From contig CAYWJO010000026.1 of NCBI GenBank assembly GCA_964458565.1, positions 1 to 47,853 of the forward strand: a stretch of DNA of 47,853 nt, written 5' to 3'. The notes beneath the pieces are model-generated. The model saw nothing but the letters and a program-made list of their open reading frames with translations, did no database searches and was not told the origin of the DNA. Below are positions 37,691-47,853 of this stretch, piece by piece. How positions within the stretch are numbered: the first letter of the stretch is position 1; each line of letters starts with the position of its first letter. The position numbers and the translations under genes were made by a program. The stretch is from an uncultured archaeon (lineage in GTDB: Archaea; Asgardarchaeota; Thorarchaeia; Thorarchaeales; Thorarchaeaceae).

Positions 37691-38485
37691 CTAAGAGAGA
37701 TCCTTGAGTTTGAAAAGTACCATTGTAAGAATTATTGATGCAAGAGTCACTATTGTAAGCAATTGAGTAGACATCATTACGGTCCAACCAGGTATCGCGT
37801 GAAAATAATTCAGGAATGCTGTTCCTGCATGCAGGATGTGCCCTGAGAGAGAGAGAGCAGGACCACCCACAAATACGATAAGAATGCCTAAACCTTGCTC
37901 ATAGAGAACTAGGATTGTACCCCACAATAATGCCTTCTTAAGCGCCAGACCAAGAAGTGTGAAGATGGAGCTATATACTGAGATACAGATGAACGAAACC
38001 ATCATGGACCCGAATAATAATCCTACATCCAATGAAGCAAATGTTACAAAGACCGAAAGGAAACCCCCTACCACAATAAATGCAATCATCATGCTCGTAG
38101 TCAGAGTTGCAAGATATCGCCATAGGATGATCTCCATGCGCCGTAACGGACGACTCACGAGCTGCAGAATGGTATGGGATTCCATTTCATCCGATATGGC
38201 GGCTGTTCCTAGGAGTAGACCAAACAGAGGAAGTAAGAAAGTGATATAGATTGTCTTGAATACATCCATGTAGAAAATCTGGGGTCGGTCCAAACCTGCA
38301 CCAGTCAAAATTACTATTATAGTTGGAAGAAAACCTAAAACTATCAATCCCTTACTCTTACGGCTCTGAATGAAATCAGTAACGAAAATTCTGAAGAGGT
38401 ATATTCCCCTTAGAAAGGAATTGATTAATTCATTCTTAGTATAAGAGTGTGAATCAGTACCTATGTAAGTGGATTCTGTTTCCAT
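37691..38485 (-). CDS. ABC-2 type permease
   Basis: About 6 TM helices; AISDEMES.TI..L.SRPL.R motif. Confidence 0.88.
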   Translation of the reverse strand: METESTYIGTDSHSYTKNELINSFLRGIYLFRIFVTDFIQSRKSKGLIVLGFLPTIIVILTGAGLDRPQIFYMDVFKTIYITFLLPLFGLLLGTAAISDEMESHTILQLVSRPLRRMEIILWRYLATLTTSMMIAFIVVGGFLSVFVTFASLDVGLLFGSMMVSFICISVYSSIFTLLGLALKKALLWGTILVLYEQGLGILIVFVGGPALSLSGHILHAGTAFLNYFHAIPGWTVMMSTQLLTIVTLASIILTMVLFKLKDLS

Positions 38486-38491
38486 TTTGCA

Positions 38492-39436
38492 TCACCCCAC
38501 TAAATAATCAAAGAGTTTTTCGACACTTTCGGAAATAGCATCCACATGAACAATTGACGCCTTATTCTCAACGGATATTCTGACTAACTCGTCAAAGAAT
38601 AATTCCGGTTGTAGCGTTATGACCCTGCAATCCATGAATTCTTGTTTTCCCTCACTCAACTCTAGTGATCGAATGATTCCGTCCAGCTGCATTAGACTAC
38701 TAGTTATCTTCTTCATATCATTTGGTCTACTAGTGAAAAGGATTTCATGTGGATAGCTGAACACTAACTTTCGAATACCTTCCGGACTTCCTTCAGCTAC
38801 TGTTTGCCCACGATGAATCAAAGTAATCCGATCAACTAATTGCTCAAGTTCTTCAAGGACGTGGCTAGAAATCAGAATCGTCACTTTATCGTCTTGGTTG
38901 AGCTTTAGTAACAGATTCATAATGGTTCTTCGCCCTAGAGGATCAAGGCCTTTTAGAGGCTCATCGAGGATTAGTAGTCTAGGACTGTGAACGAGAGATG
39001 CTGCGATTCTGGTTCTTTGTCGCATACCTTTGGAAAGAGCACTGACTTTTCTATCAGCATATTTCGCCATTCCTACAGCTTGGAGAGATTCGCTTATTTT
39101 TTCATCAAGATTGCTAAGACGGGGGACATTGAGTCGTGCAAGCATCTTGATACTATCGCGGACCTTCGCCCAAGGGTATAGATCATCGTGCTCTGATACA
39201 AAACCAAACCGTTCATGAACTGTTATGCTATCATACGGATTAGCATCGAAGACACGAACTTCGCCGCTATCGGGACGGGCTAAACCTGTGATCATTCTGA
39301 TTGTTGTGGATTTTCCTGCACCATTTGGACCTACGAATCCTGTGATCGCCGCCTCTCTGACATGCATATTCAATCTACTTAGTGCGACAACTTCGCCGTA
39401 TCGTTTTGACACTTCATTCAAATGGATTATCGACAT
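38492..39436 (-). CDS. ABC transporter ATP-binding protein
   Basis: GPNGAGKST, LSKGMRQR, ILDEP and SSH motifs. Confidence 0.95.
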   Translation of the reverse strand: MSIIHLNEVSKRYGEVVALSRLNMHVREAAITGFVGPNGAGKSTTIRMITGLARPDSGEVRVFDANPYDSITVHERFGFVSEHDDLYPWAKVRDSIKMLARLNVPRLSNLDEKISESLQAVGMAKYADRKVSALSKGMRQRTRIAASLVHSPRLLILDEPLKGLDPLGRRTIMNLLLKLNQDDKVTILISSHVLEELEQLVDRITLIHRGQTVAEGSPEGIRKLVFSYPHEILFTSRPNDMKKITSSLMQLDGIIRSLELSEGKQEFMDCRVITLQPELFFDELVRISVENKASIVHVDAISESVEKLFDYLVG

Positions 39437-40419
39437 CAGTTATCCCTCCTGAACAGCACATTGAATAGAATTAGAAGCGAGATTACAAAGACTAGAGCAA
39501 CAACAGCTACAATCATTCCAGCTTCGAGACCGACTCCATTATACAGACTCAGATTTTGGTAATTCAATTTGATAGTATCATATCCCAGAAGAACTGCCCC
39601 TAAAAGTGCTATAGCACCAATAAAATCAATCAACAAAAGTGGGCTATCAGGATTATAGAGAAATCCGAAAGCGCTTGGAAGAGCAGACGTTACAATTCCT
39701 ATGATTAGTAGAGACATTGTTGCTACAGTCCGTCTGGTGGTAAGAGACGAGATTGCCAGAGTGAGTGTACTCACTACCAATACTGCAATTAATGTGAATC
39801 CTATGGCCCAGAATAGAAGCCAGATGTTGGCGATGATATCTACCTCCAAGCTCCAGGCAAGCAAGATGTATTGAATTATTGCAGGTACCGTCACAACAAC
39901 AGTTGAAAAAATAATCAGACTAAGCAATTTTCCAACTAAATATTCAATTCTAGAGATGCGTGAGAAATATGCCTCAGTCGTCTTGTGAAGCCTATCGTCC
40001 GCAATAAGACCTCCACCTAAAATCGCAACTAGCAAGAGCCACATGAAGCTGGTCCCTCCGGATATTATTGATACAAAGGAAAAGAACTCAAGAAGGGGAT
40101 CACCAATACGATTCAGAAGAGAAACCATTCCAAGTACTGACTCAACATATACACCTTGGAAGTATTGGTTCAAGGTGATAGGCATAAACTCAGGAGGAAG
40201 TAAAAGAGTAATGAGTACCGTAACAGCATCTTGAATCAATAGATTGAGAAACATGAAGATTAACAAGACCTTTGTAAATCCTGAACGTCGAATCGTTTCG
40301 ATGAGATTGAACCATCCAACTGAAAATACACGATAAACCCTATTTTGTCGAATGCCACTGAATTCACGAAAACCAAATTTCCTTACATAAGCATCATCAG
40401 ATGATTGAGATTCATTCAA
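39436..40419 (-). CDS. ABC-2 type permease
   Basis: GGGLIADDR...T..YFSR.SR.EYL.GK; multiple TM helices. Confidence 0.85.
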   Translation of the reverse strand: MNESQSSDDAYVRKFGFREFSGIRQNRVYRVFSVGWFNLIETIRRSGFTKVLLIFMFLNLLIQDAVTVLITLLLPPEFMPITLNQYFQGVYVESVLGMVSLLNRIGDPLLEFFSFVSIISGGTSFMWLLLVAILGGGLIADDRLHKTTEAYFSRISRIEYLVGKLLSLIIFSTVVVTVPAIIQYILLAWSLEVDIIANIWLLFWAIGFTLIAVLVVSTLTLAISSLTTRRTVATMSLLIIGIVTSALPSAFGFLYNPDSPLLLIDFIGAIALLGAVLLGYDTIKLNYQNLSLYNGVGLEAGMIVAVVALVFVISLLILFNVLFRRDN

Positions 40420-41354
40420 AGCTCTGCACCTCCTTCAACAGTGGAAAGAAAAACATCTTCTAACGATCGTGTCTTTCGACCCATATATCGTAAGCTTACT
40501 GAGGAATTTCTATGGATTTCTTCAAGGATTATCATCTCCGCATCATCCCCATGAGGGATGTCGAGATAATCTCGATTTAAAACAGGATTTATTCCTCGTT
40601 TCTTTAGTTGATTCACAAGTGATTGAGCATCTCCCGCCACCTTGATTCTAAGTGTGTCTGACTGATCAGATAGTACCTCAGTCATAGTGCCAGTCTTTAT
40701 CACATTTCCGCGTCCAAGAACTATTACCTCATCGCACACTCTCTCGACATCAAAGAGGAGATGTGAAGACACCATCAAGCTCTTACCTTCATCTCTATAC
40801 AATCTTTCAATGAGGTCTAACATCTGTTGACGACCAATAGGGTCCAAACCATCGGTTGGCTCATCAAGAATTACCAATTCGGGATCATGAACTAATGCAG
40901 CTGCTAATTTGCACTTTTGCATCATACCGGTACTGAATTCGCTCAGAGGGCGGTATCGCTCCTCTCCAAGACCTACATAATGAAGTGTGTCGTGTGCTCT
41001 TTGAGATGATTCCACACGGTTCAATCCTGAAAGTGTGCCAAGGTATGAAACATATTTCATAGCAGTAATTTCGGGGATTATGGGGCTGAACTCGGGAGAG
41101 TAGCCCACATTATCTCTAATCTGTCGGATTTCAGTCGTGATGTCATATCCAAGCACCTTTGCGGATCCAGAAGAGTGCTTGATTAGGCCCATGAGAATCC
41201 GAATCAATGTGGTCTTCCCCGCACCATTTGGTCCAAGGAGACCAATAGCTCTTTTTGGCACTTTGAAGTTTACATCATTGAGTGCTTGAACTTTGCCATA
41301 GAATTTTGACATATTGATGATGTCGAACGCTTCAGAAATCAAACTGCTAACCAA
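40416..41354 (-). CDS. ABC transporter ATP-binding protein
   Basis: GPNGAGKTT, FSTGM.QK, ILDEPTDGLDP and SSH motifs. Confidence 0.95.
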   Translation of the reverse strand: MVSSLISEAFDIINMSKFYGKVQALNDVNFKVPKRAIGLLGPNGAGKTTLIRILMGLIKHSSGSAKVLGYDITTEIRQIRDNVGYSPEFSPIIPEITAMKYVSYLGTLSGLNRVESSQRAHDTLHYVGLGEERYRPLSEFSTGMMQKCKLAAALVHDPELVILDEPTDGLDPIGRQQMLDLIERLYRDEGKSLMVSSHLLFDVERVCDEVIVLGRGNVIKTGTMTEVLSDQSDTLRIKVAGDAQSLVNQLKKRGINPVLNRDYLDIPHGDDAEMIILEEIHRNSSVSLRYMGRKTRSLEDVFLSTVEGGAEL

Positions 41355-41821
41355 GTACGGAATAAACTATCTGCATATCAGTTTCGCGTTTGACGCTTGG
41401 AAATGTTCTATGCTATCCTAATGACACAGCGAACGGTTTTGAGGCACAATCTATACTACAATCGCTGTTGCAGGTGTAACTATAGCCATGATAGCCGTTG
41501 CTGCTAGACAACTGAGGGTGTAGAGTTCTCCATCATTTTCACTTCATTTCATTCAAACTAGTTGTACACTTCATTGAACAGTACTGTGCAGGTACTAGAA
41601 CAATCTGTTTCAAACGTAGAGTATTATCCAATTTTATCATACTATAGAATATACACCAAATCAGATGGCAGTCACGTAAAACACAACTATGCACAATCCG
41701 GCTCGGTGAAAATTGTGACCAAATTTGTACTCATGGATAATGCGTGCTGGTGTCATTCGAGTCCTTTTCTCTAACAGGTAGATGATAGTCCAAATGATAC
41801 CCGGTCGAGAAAAGAATAGGA

Positions 41822-43204
41822 GTGTGTCTAATGAAAGAAAAATCTAGTACTTGCTTCGTGTTAGCCATCGTAATCGCACTACAAATAATTCTTGTTGCCG
41901 GAGAACTTCATTCAATAGTCTTTCTTGAAGTTCCTTCAATTGAAACATTCAGAGATGGAAAGCAGTATGCATTCATGCTATCTTGGGATGATGGAAGCAA
42001 AGACTTGGAATTCTCATTTCCTGAAGATGAACTAGGACTAAGGCATACATCATTTGTCGTTACAGAAAGAATGTTCGCAAAACAACTATGGGGTCTGGAT
42101 ATGCTATTTCGAGGCCATGACATTCAGTCGCATTCCAGTAAGCATCTGCATCACAGTCAACTTAATTCGACATATAGAGAGGAATTATTGAAGCAGAGTG
42201 TAATCGATATACAGAGTGTCTTTGGTTTTACACCCATCTTGTTTGCATATCCTTACGGGTCTCAAGACTATGAACTTCAAGAGCAAGTCTTAGAATACTT
42301 TCAGATTGCACGAGGTATACGTTATGAGGAACAAGATCTGTTGGGTGAATGGCCTGTATCAAATCCAGGTCATTGTAAACACTCATTTCCAAGTATTGAT
42401 GGTGTTCGGAGCACAAACATGCATCAGCTGGCTACAAGTTTTGAGATGATGATTTCCAATTCCGAGGGAGGGTATCTTGCCTACAAATGCTATGGCCATA
42501 CACAGAGTGGATACTTCACCGAGGAAGAGAGAGAAGAATTCTTTGAATTATTAGAGGAGATTGCGAATAGGGATGACACTTGGTATACAACATGGGGCGA
42601 AGCTGTTGCGTATGAGATTTCAAAATCAAATGTGATAATCTATGATTTTGTATCTAAAACTAGAGAGGTTTCATTCTACACCTTGATACCTGAGGAAGTA
42701 AGATACGGAGTGCCCCTGACATATAGAATTGAAATTCCAGAGGAATGGAATGACATCACTGTATTTGATGGAAACCATATCACCGACCAATATTCCTTCA
42801 AAAATATTGAGAACAAAAGGTATGTATTTCTGAACTCGGCACCTAAAAATCAAAGGATTTCAATTGTTCCTGAAAAGGTCTTGGACACCAGCTCTCCTTA
42901 CATTACAAATCTTAGAGCAAAGATTAGTTCCGAAGGCATAGCCTTTTTGGCTGATATCTATGACCAAGATAGTTTAGTTTCAGATGTGAATATTTCAGTG
43001 AGTTGTGATGAAATATACAAGTTTGACAATGTACAAAACCCCACATTCTGGAGCAATAGTACATATGGAAGGGCAGTATTTACCAATAGGACTCAGTGTT
43101 ATTATGTGAAATTTGAAGCTACTGACGCGTCAGGCAATCATGCTGTTGAGTCAAAATGTTTCTACCTTTCTCCGCCCAGAATTCTAACAGACACACCTGT
43201 ATAA
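41822..43204 (+). CDS. Secreted polysaccharide deacetylase (NodB/CE4) with C-terminal Ig-like domains
   Basis: SWDDG, H.IQSHS..H and FAYPYG motifs; N-terminal hydrophobic signal. Confidence 0.85.
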   Translation: MCLMKEKSSTCFVLAIVIALQIILVAGELHSIVFLEVPSIETFRDGKQYAFMLSWDDGSKDLEFSFPEDELGLRHTSFVVTERMFAKQLWGLDMLFRGHDIQSHSSKHLHHSQLNSTYREELLKQSVIDIQSVFGFTPILFAYPYGSQDYELQEQVLEYFQIARGIRYEEQDLLGEWPVSNPGHCKHSFPSIDGVRSTNMHQLATSFEMMISNSEGGYLAYKCYGHTQSGYFTEEEREEFFELLEEIANRDDTWYTTWGEAVAYEISKSNVIIYDFVSKTREVSFYTLIPEEVRYGVPLTYRIEIPEEWNDITVFDGNHITDQYSFKNIENKRYVFLNSAPKNQRISIVPEKVLDTSSPYITNLRAKISSEGIAFLADIYDQDSLVSDVNISVSCDEIYKFDNVQNPTFWSNSTYGRAVFTNRTQCYYVKFEATDASGNHAVESKCFYLSPPRILTDTPV

Positions 43205-43334
43205 TCAGACTTCTAAGATATGATATCATACATCTTGAATATACAGAATGAACTGACGAAATGGAAACAAGGGAATGCAAGTGTTAATTAGAAACAGCGC
43301 ATAATGGATTCCTGTAGAGCTAGTTGGTGATTTA

Positions 43335-44000
43335 ATGGGGATTACAATTAGATGGCTGGGTCATGCGGGTTTTCAAATAAAAATGAACAATGAAAATATC
43401 TACATTGATCTTTATAGAACGAAGGAGTTGCAAAAGAGAGTGCCTGATGTTACAGAGAAGGGCACTATTATTTTAGCTACGCATGCACACGGAGACCATT
43501 GTCATCCGGAGTCAATTGAAAGTATAACAAGTAATGAGTCCCTGATTATTGCACCTAATAATTGTGGAGAGAAAATCAAGGGCAATTTCCAACCTATTGA
43601 TATTGGTGAAGAAGTCAAAATTAGGGGTATCACGATTAAAGCAGTTGAAGCATATAATATCTCAAAATTCAGGACACCTGGAAACCCATATCACCCTAAA
43701 GGATATGGAGTTGGTTATCTTCTCACAATAGATGGTGAGAGGATTTACCATGCAGGGGATACGGATCATATTCCGGAAATGGCAGAGCTTGGTCCAATAG
43801 ATGTCGCAATTTTACCGGTTGGAGATACTTATACAATGAGCAATACAGAGGCAGCTGAGGCGACTCTAGAAATCAAGCCAAGGATAGTAGTGCCAATGCA
43901 TACCTGGGATAAAGGTATAGAGAAGTTTGTTCAAAAAGTGAAAGAGGATCCGAACATCAAAATTATAGAAATCTCTGAAGGTGATGAGTTCACTATTTGA
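43335..44000 (+). CDS. MBL-fold metallo-hydrolase
   Basis: WLGHAGF, THAHGDH, YHAGDT and PMH motifs. Confidence 0.92.
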   Translation: MGITIRWLGHAGFQIKMNNENIYIDLYRTKELQKRVPDVTEKGTIILATHAHGDHCHPESIESITSNESLIIAPNNCGEKIKGNFQPIDIGEEVKIRGITIKAVEAYNISKFRTPGNPYHPKGYGVGYLLTIDGERIYHAGDTDHIPEMAELGPIDVAILPVGDTYTMSNTEAAEATLEIKPRIVVPMHTWDKGIEKFVQKVKEDPNIKIIEISEGDEFTI

Positions 44001-44091
44001 ACTCTGAAAAGTCGTTAGAATAAGATTCTAACTATGCTCAAAGACAAACGCTGATATCTAAAGCTGGTGAGTCAAACTTGGTGCGAAATTA

Positions 44092-44427
44092 TTGAGTGAT
44101 GATGCATATCCTGAATGTATAAAGAATCTACCAAAGGCAAAGATACCGTTTCCTGGAGTGCAAGGATGGGTTGCTCAAGGCAAAGAATCGCAAACAGTAT
44201 TCTTTGAAATAGAACCTATTGGTGCAGTTTTACCTCACAGTCATGGAGCACAATATGGTATTGTAATAGAGGGTGAGATGGTTCTGACCATTGGTGAGGA
44301 CATAAAAACATACACTAAAGGAGATTCATATTTCATTCCTGAAGGTGTAGTACACCATGCAAAATTCAACACTTTTTGCCGCGTAATGGACTATTTTGCA
44401 GAGCTACGTAGATATGAAACTGAATAG
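44092..44427 (+). CDS. Cupin domain protein
   Basis: PHSHG.Q.G.V.EG and GDSYFIP.GV.H motifs. Confidence 0.9.
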   Translation: MSDDAYPECIKNLPKAKIPFPGVQGWVAQGKESQTVFFEIEPIGAVLPHSHGAQYGIVIEGEMVLTIGEDIKTYTKGDSYFIPEGVVHHAKFNTFCRVMDYFAELRRYETE

Positions 44428-44487
44428 GTTATGCTAATACGTATTGACCTCCCTGTAGACTTAGCAGATGATTTTGGGTCACTATCA

Positions 44488-45468
44488 CTATTCTGATTCG
44501 TATGATGATAATGAGGGGTATTGAAAATCGAGCGGTTCGAATGAGTGAGGCTCGCTCTCATCTTGCACAACTATTTCTTCTCTGCATTTCATATAACTCA
44601 AAATGGGGAATGTGACAAGAGACAGCCCAATCAATAGCATAATACCAAATATCCAATCGGGATAAGCAAAAGCAATGAACAGGATTGGTAGTGGACCCAA
44701 AAAGAGAAGATAAGCAGGAGGGATAAGAAGAGGCGTACCTATTGTCATCATAATTTTATGGGTCAGTGAAACATTTGGTGAGATTGAGGGGAGTTTCTTG
44801 ACCGATCTGACCGAAACCCATTGTACAATCAAACCTAAAGCTGATAGTGGCAACCATAGGAAGCGCATGATCGACATACCTCGGACTATGGGAATCCACG
44901 TTGGATACCATGTCCCGATTGCCATCTGAATTGTTGTGTTCAATGTGACTAACCCTAATAGAAGAATATAGATTGTAAAGACATAGCCTGCTGAGAACTC
45001 TCTTTCACGAGAATTGTATACAATTTTTATCAAACCCCATCCAAAGTATGTGAAGAGCGCGTATCCAAACCCATATACAAACATGAGAATTTTTGCGAGA
45101 TTGATGACATAATCAACAATCATCATCGTGGAATCAAATGACGAGAGCGTAATAGGCATTGAGGGATAGACTAGGAATGTAACTGTTGGGCTAAATACTA
45201 TAATCAGCCACAAGAACAAAGAGAGACCCAGAGGTCTAATGCTTGTCCGCCGCCCTACCTTCTCTGCAAACTTATGGATACCCATTCCACCGAAGAAAGA
45301 GTAGGCTGATGATAACAAGACACCCATACTCTGTAGAATTATCATCACATCATCCCACCAAGCTAATGTGATCATGAAGACGAATAATATTGCCACATAT
45401 TGAAAACGCGATTCCTTTAAGCTATCAGTGTCCTGATGTGGATGCGACGTGCTTCCGTTCTCCATCAT
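44488..45468 (-). CDS. Multi-pass membrane protein of unknown function
   Basis: About 7-8 hydrophobic segments. Confidence 0.7.
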   Translation of the reverse strand: MMENGSTSHPHQDTDSLKESRFQYVAILFVFMITLAWWDDVMIILQSMGVLLSSAYSFFGGMGIHKFAEKVGRRTSIRPLGLSLFLWLIIVFSPTVTFLVYPSMPITLSSFDSTMMIVDYVINLAKILMFVYGFGYALFTYFGWGLIKIVYNSREREFSAGYVFTIYILLLGLVTLNTTIQMAIGTWYPTWIPIVRGMSIMRFLWLPLSALGLIVQWVSVRSVKKLPSISPNVSLTHKIMMTIGTPLLIPPAYLLFLGPLPILFIAFAYPDWIFGIMLLIGLSLVTFPILSYMKCREEIVVQDESEPHSFEPLDFQYPSLSSYESE

Positions 45469-45676
45469 TTTTAGATGGTCTCCATTGAAAGATCAATGTT
45501 TCATTAGGTGGTGCGCGGCAAAGATTCTATTGAAACATAGATTACATCCCTATTGTTATGATGTATGATATTATAATATTTTCTTTGACGGGTCTTGACT
45601 ACAACCTTTTGTATATTCGAATTGCATTACTCACGAAAGGAGTTAAAGTACTACAAATATTAAGTCTGAATCTTGG

Positions 45677-47635
45677 CTATTTCATTAGAACATCCATTAT
45701 TCGTTGAAAAATCTCGAGGGATTCTGGATTACGTAATGCATCACGGTTAGTAACTGGTTTATTGTTTACAATATTCGAGACCGCACTCTCAACCTTTTTC
45801 ATACTGAACGTGTAAGGAATATCCCGTACCTCGAAGATTAGTTCCGGAACATGTCGAGGACCTGCTCTCACACGAAGCTCATTTCTGATCTTACGATTCA
45901 AATCCTCTGTTAGTCTAAAACCATCTGTGAGTTTTATGAATAACAATATGCGTTGATCGCCTTGCCAATCTTGTCCCACTACTATACTATCAGCAATTTC
46001 CTCTAATTCCTCAACTACATTATAAATTTCTGATGGTCCTATGCGAACTCCTGAGGGTTTTAGTGTAAAATCGGAACGACCCAAGAATGTCAACCCCCCT
46101 GTATCACTATGCATGATAATCCAATCACCATGATGCCAAACATTTGGAAAAATGTTGAAGTATGTATCTCTGTATCTCTTGCCCTCAGAGTCATTCCAGA
46201 AATGCAATGGCATTGATGGAGCTGGCGCCTCACAAACAAGTTCGGCCTTCTGATCGAAAACACCCTTCCCGCCTTCATCATATGCATTGATTTTCATAGC
46301 TAAACATGGACCTTGGATCTCCCCTGCATAAACGGATTGAATTGGTGTACCGGCAGCAAAGCAACCATTGATATCAGTACCTCCTGATATCGAATTGAAG
46401 TGTAGATCTTCTTTGATTTCTTCGTATACGTACTGGAATCCTTCAGCTGATAATGCTGAACCAGTCTGAGATACTTCGCGCAAGGAGGTTAAATCAAACT
46501 CGCGACCAGGGTGGGCATTCATACTCTTCAGATAATTGATGTATGTTGCACTGCAGCCAAAGACTGTGACTTTTTCATCCTGAATTATCTTCCACATTGT
46601 CCTCCAATCTGGATAGTTGGGATTACCATCGTAGAGTAAAACTGCAGCACCTACAGCCAAGGAACTCAGCATCCAATTCCACATCATCCAACTTGGGCTT
46701 GTGTTGTAAAGCAGTATGTCACTACGTTTCAAATCAGTATGAAGGAGGAGCTCTGAAAGATGCTTGATGAGGACACCTCCAGCACTTTGAACCATACATT
46801 TTGGATTCCCGGTGGTCCCTGAAGAGAACATGATGTAAAGGGGATGGTCGAAAGGTAGTTGCTCAAACTGAATTTCTGACTTCTTGTCCGAGGTGATGAA
46901 TTCACCATACAAGGTTGAATTTGGAAGAGAACTTATGTCAAATTCATTTCGGATATATGGAATCACAACAGTTTCCTGTAGGGTGGGGATTCCCTTTGCA
47001 ACATCTGCGGCTTTTGCTATCACATCATGACTCTTGCCTTTGTAGGTGTAACTATCAACAGTGAATAGTATTTTTGGCTCGATTTGTTCAAAACGGTCAA
47101 GAACAGCCTTCGGTCCTAATCCAGTGCCACACGAAGACCAGACTGCACCTATACTAGTAGCTGCTAACATAGCAATTGCGGTTTCACGTATATTCGGCAT
47201 ATACGCAGCAACACGGTCTCCAGGATGAATACCCGACTCACGCAATGAATGGGATAACACTGCTACGGTCTGGTATAATTCCGTGTGAGTCAATCTTGTA
47301 ATGCTACTCGTTTCCCCTTTGAAGATCAACGCATTAGACTCGTCATTAAACCTCAAAAGGTTCTCAGCAAAATTTAGCTTGGCGTCTAGAAACCATTTTG
47401 TGCCAGGCATTTTTGTTATATCATCAACAACATCCGTATATTGTCGAGATGCCTTTATCTCCCCAAACTCCCACATTGTAGCCCAGAAGTCTTCGATATT
47501 TTCTATTGACCACCTGTATAAGGTTTCATAATTGTGAATGTCTAGGTTGTGCTTTTGATTTACCCTTTCGATGAACCGAGTGATGTTGGCATCTCGTATT
47601 GTTTTGGGTGTTGGTTTCCAGAGGGGCTTTTTCAT
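45677..47635 (-). CDS. Acetoacetate--CoA ligase (acetoacetyl-CoA synthetase)
   Basis: LNFAENLL, YIMFSSGTTG.PKC, WMMWNW, SISGGTDI.GCF, W.HGD, GRSD.TL.P.GVRIG..EIY and NPESL motifs. Confidence 0.95.
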   Translation of the reverse strand: MKKPLWKPTPKTIRDANITRFIERVNQKHNLDIHNYETLYRWSIENIEDFWATMWEFGEIKASRQYTDVVDDITKMPGTKWFLDAKLNFAENLLRFNDESNALIFKGETSSITRLTHTELYQTVAVLSHSLRESGIHPGDRVAAYMPNIRETAIAMLAATSIGAVWSSCGTGLGPKAVLDRFEQIEPKILFTVDSYTYKGKSHDVIAKAADVAKGIPTLQETVVIPYIRNEFDISSLPNSTLYGEFITSDKKSEIQFEQLPFDHPLYIMFSSGTTGNPKCMVQSAGGVLIKHLSELLLHTDLKRSDILLYNTSPSWMMWNWMLSSLAVGAAVLLYDGNPNYPDWRTMWKIIQDEKVTVFGCSATYINYLKSMNAHPGREFDLTSLREVSQTGSALSAEGFQYVYEEIKEDLHFNSISGGTDINGCFAAGTPIQSVYAGEIQGPCLAMKINAYDEGGKGVFDQKAELVCEAPAPSMPLHFWNDSEGKRYRDTYFNIFPNVWHHGDWIIMHSDTGGLTFLGRSDFTLKPSGVRIGPSEIYNVVEELEEIADSIVVGQDWQGDQRILLFIKLTDGFRLTEDLNRKIRNELRVRAGPRHVPELIFEVRDIPYTFSMKKVESAVSNIVNNKPVTNRDALRNPESLEIFQRIMDVLMK

Positions 47636-47853
47636 GGTGCGACGATTCCTTTGAATCTTAAATTACGATGGTGCTATTCGAAACTCCTTTTGCTGATTAC
47701 AACCATCTAATATAATCTTGGAAGATTTGAATATGTATCGATGAACTGCATACTCAAAACGCACTCAAATATAATCTGAAAAATATAGGGTGCTCAACAT
47801 GATGCGCAAAAGGGGCAAGTCCCTGTTACGCCATCCCGTCATCCGTCACCTTC

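Noticed and set aside
41403-41507. Cys-rich micro-ORF MFYAILMTQRTVLRHNLYYNRCCRCNYSHDSRCC
   Set aside because: No SD. The Cys codons arise as the shifted frame of an Ala/Val-rich TM-like remnant.

Overview
Archaeal chromosomal window. Archaeal 23S rRNA, TATA/BRE promoters, GG(A/T)GA Shine-Dalgarno sites, geranylgeranyl reductase and an AfpA-type flavoprotein, mixed with bacterial-type enzymes, suggest an Asgard archaeon such as Thorarchaeia (inferred, not proven). It opens with the 5' end of a 23S rRNA gene that has no 16S upstream. About 50 mostly housekeeping or metabolic genes follow (rph, udp, nth, serS, tkt, superoxide reductase, ABC exporter, acetoacetyl-CoA synthetase). No intact mobile element or CRISPR array was found. 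Most unusual signals: (1) a threonine-synthase-fold protein whose PLP Schiff-base lysine is replaced by Ile, fused to a PadR-type wHTH and divergent from an ECF S-component across a palindromic site, a candidate enzyme-derived vitamin B6/metabolite-sensing regulator; (2) an unannotated pair of micropeptides, one 32-aa poly-acidic and one 24-aa poly-lysine, each with an SD and followed by a terminator; (3) an intact gene resembling only the N-terminal WED/REC half of TnpB/Cas12f, without RuvC, downstream of an MNT-HEPN-HEPN gene; (4) two paralogous double-Lrp regulators facing a cluster of SD-led micro-ORFs that share a PxE[DN]PxP motif. All family calls come from motif recognition by eye; no searches were run.
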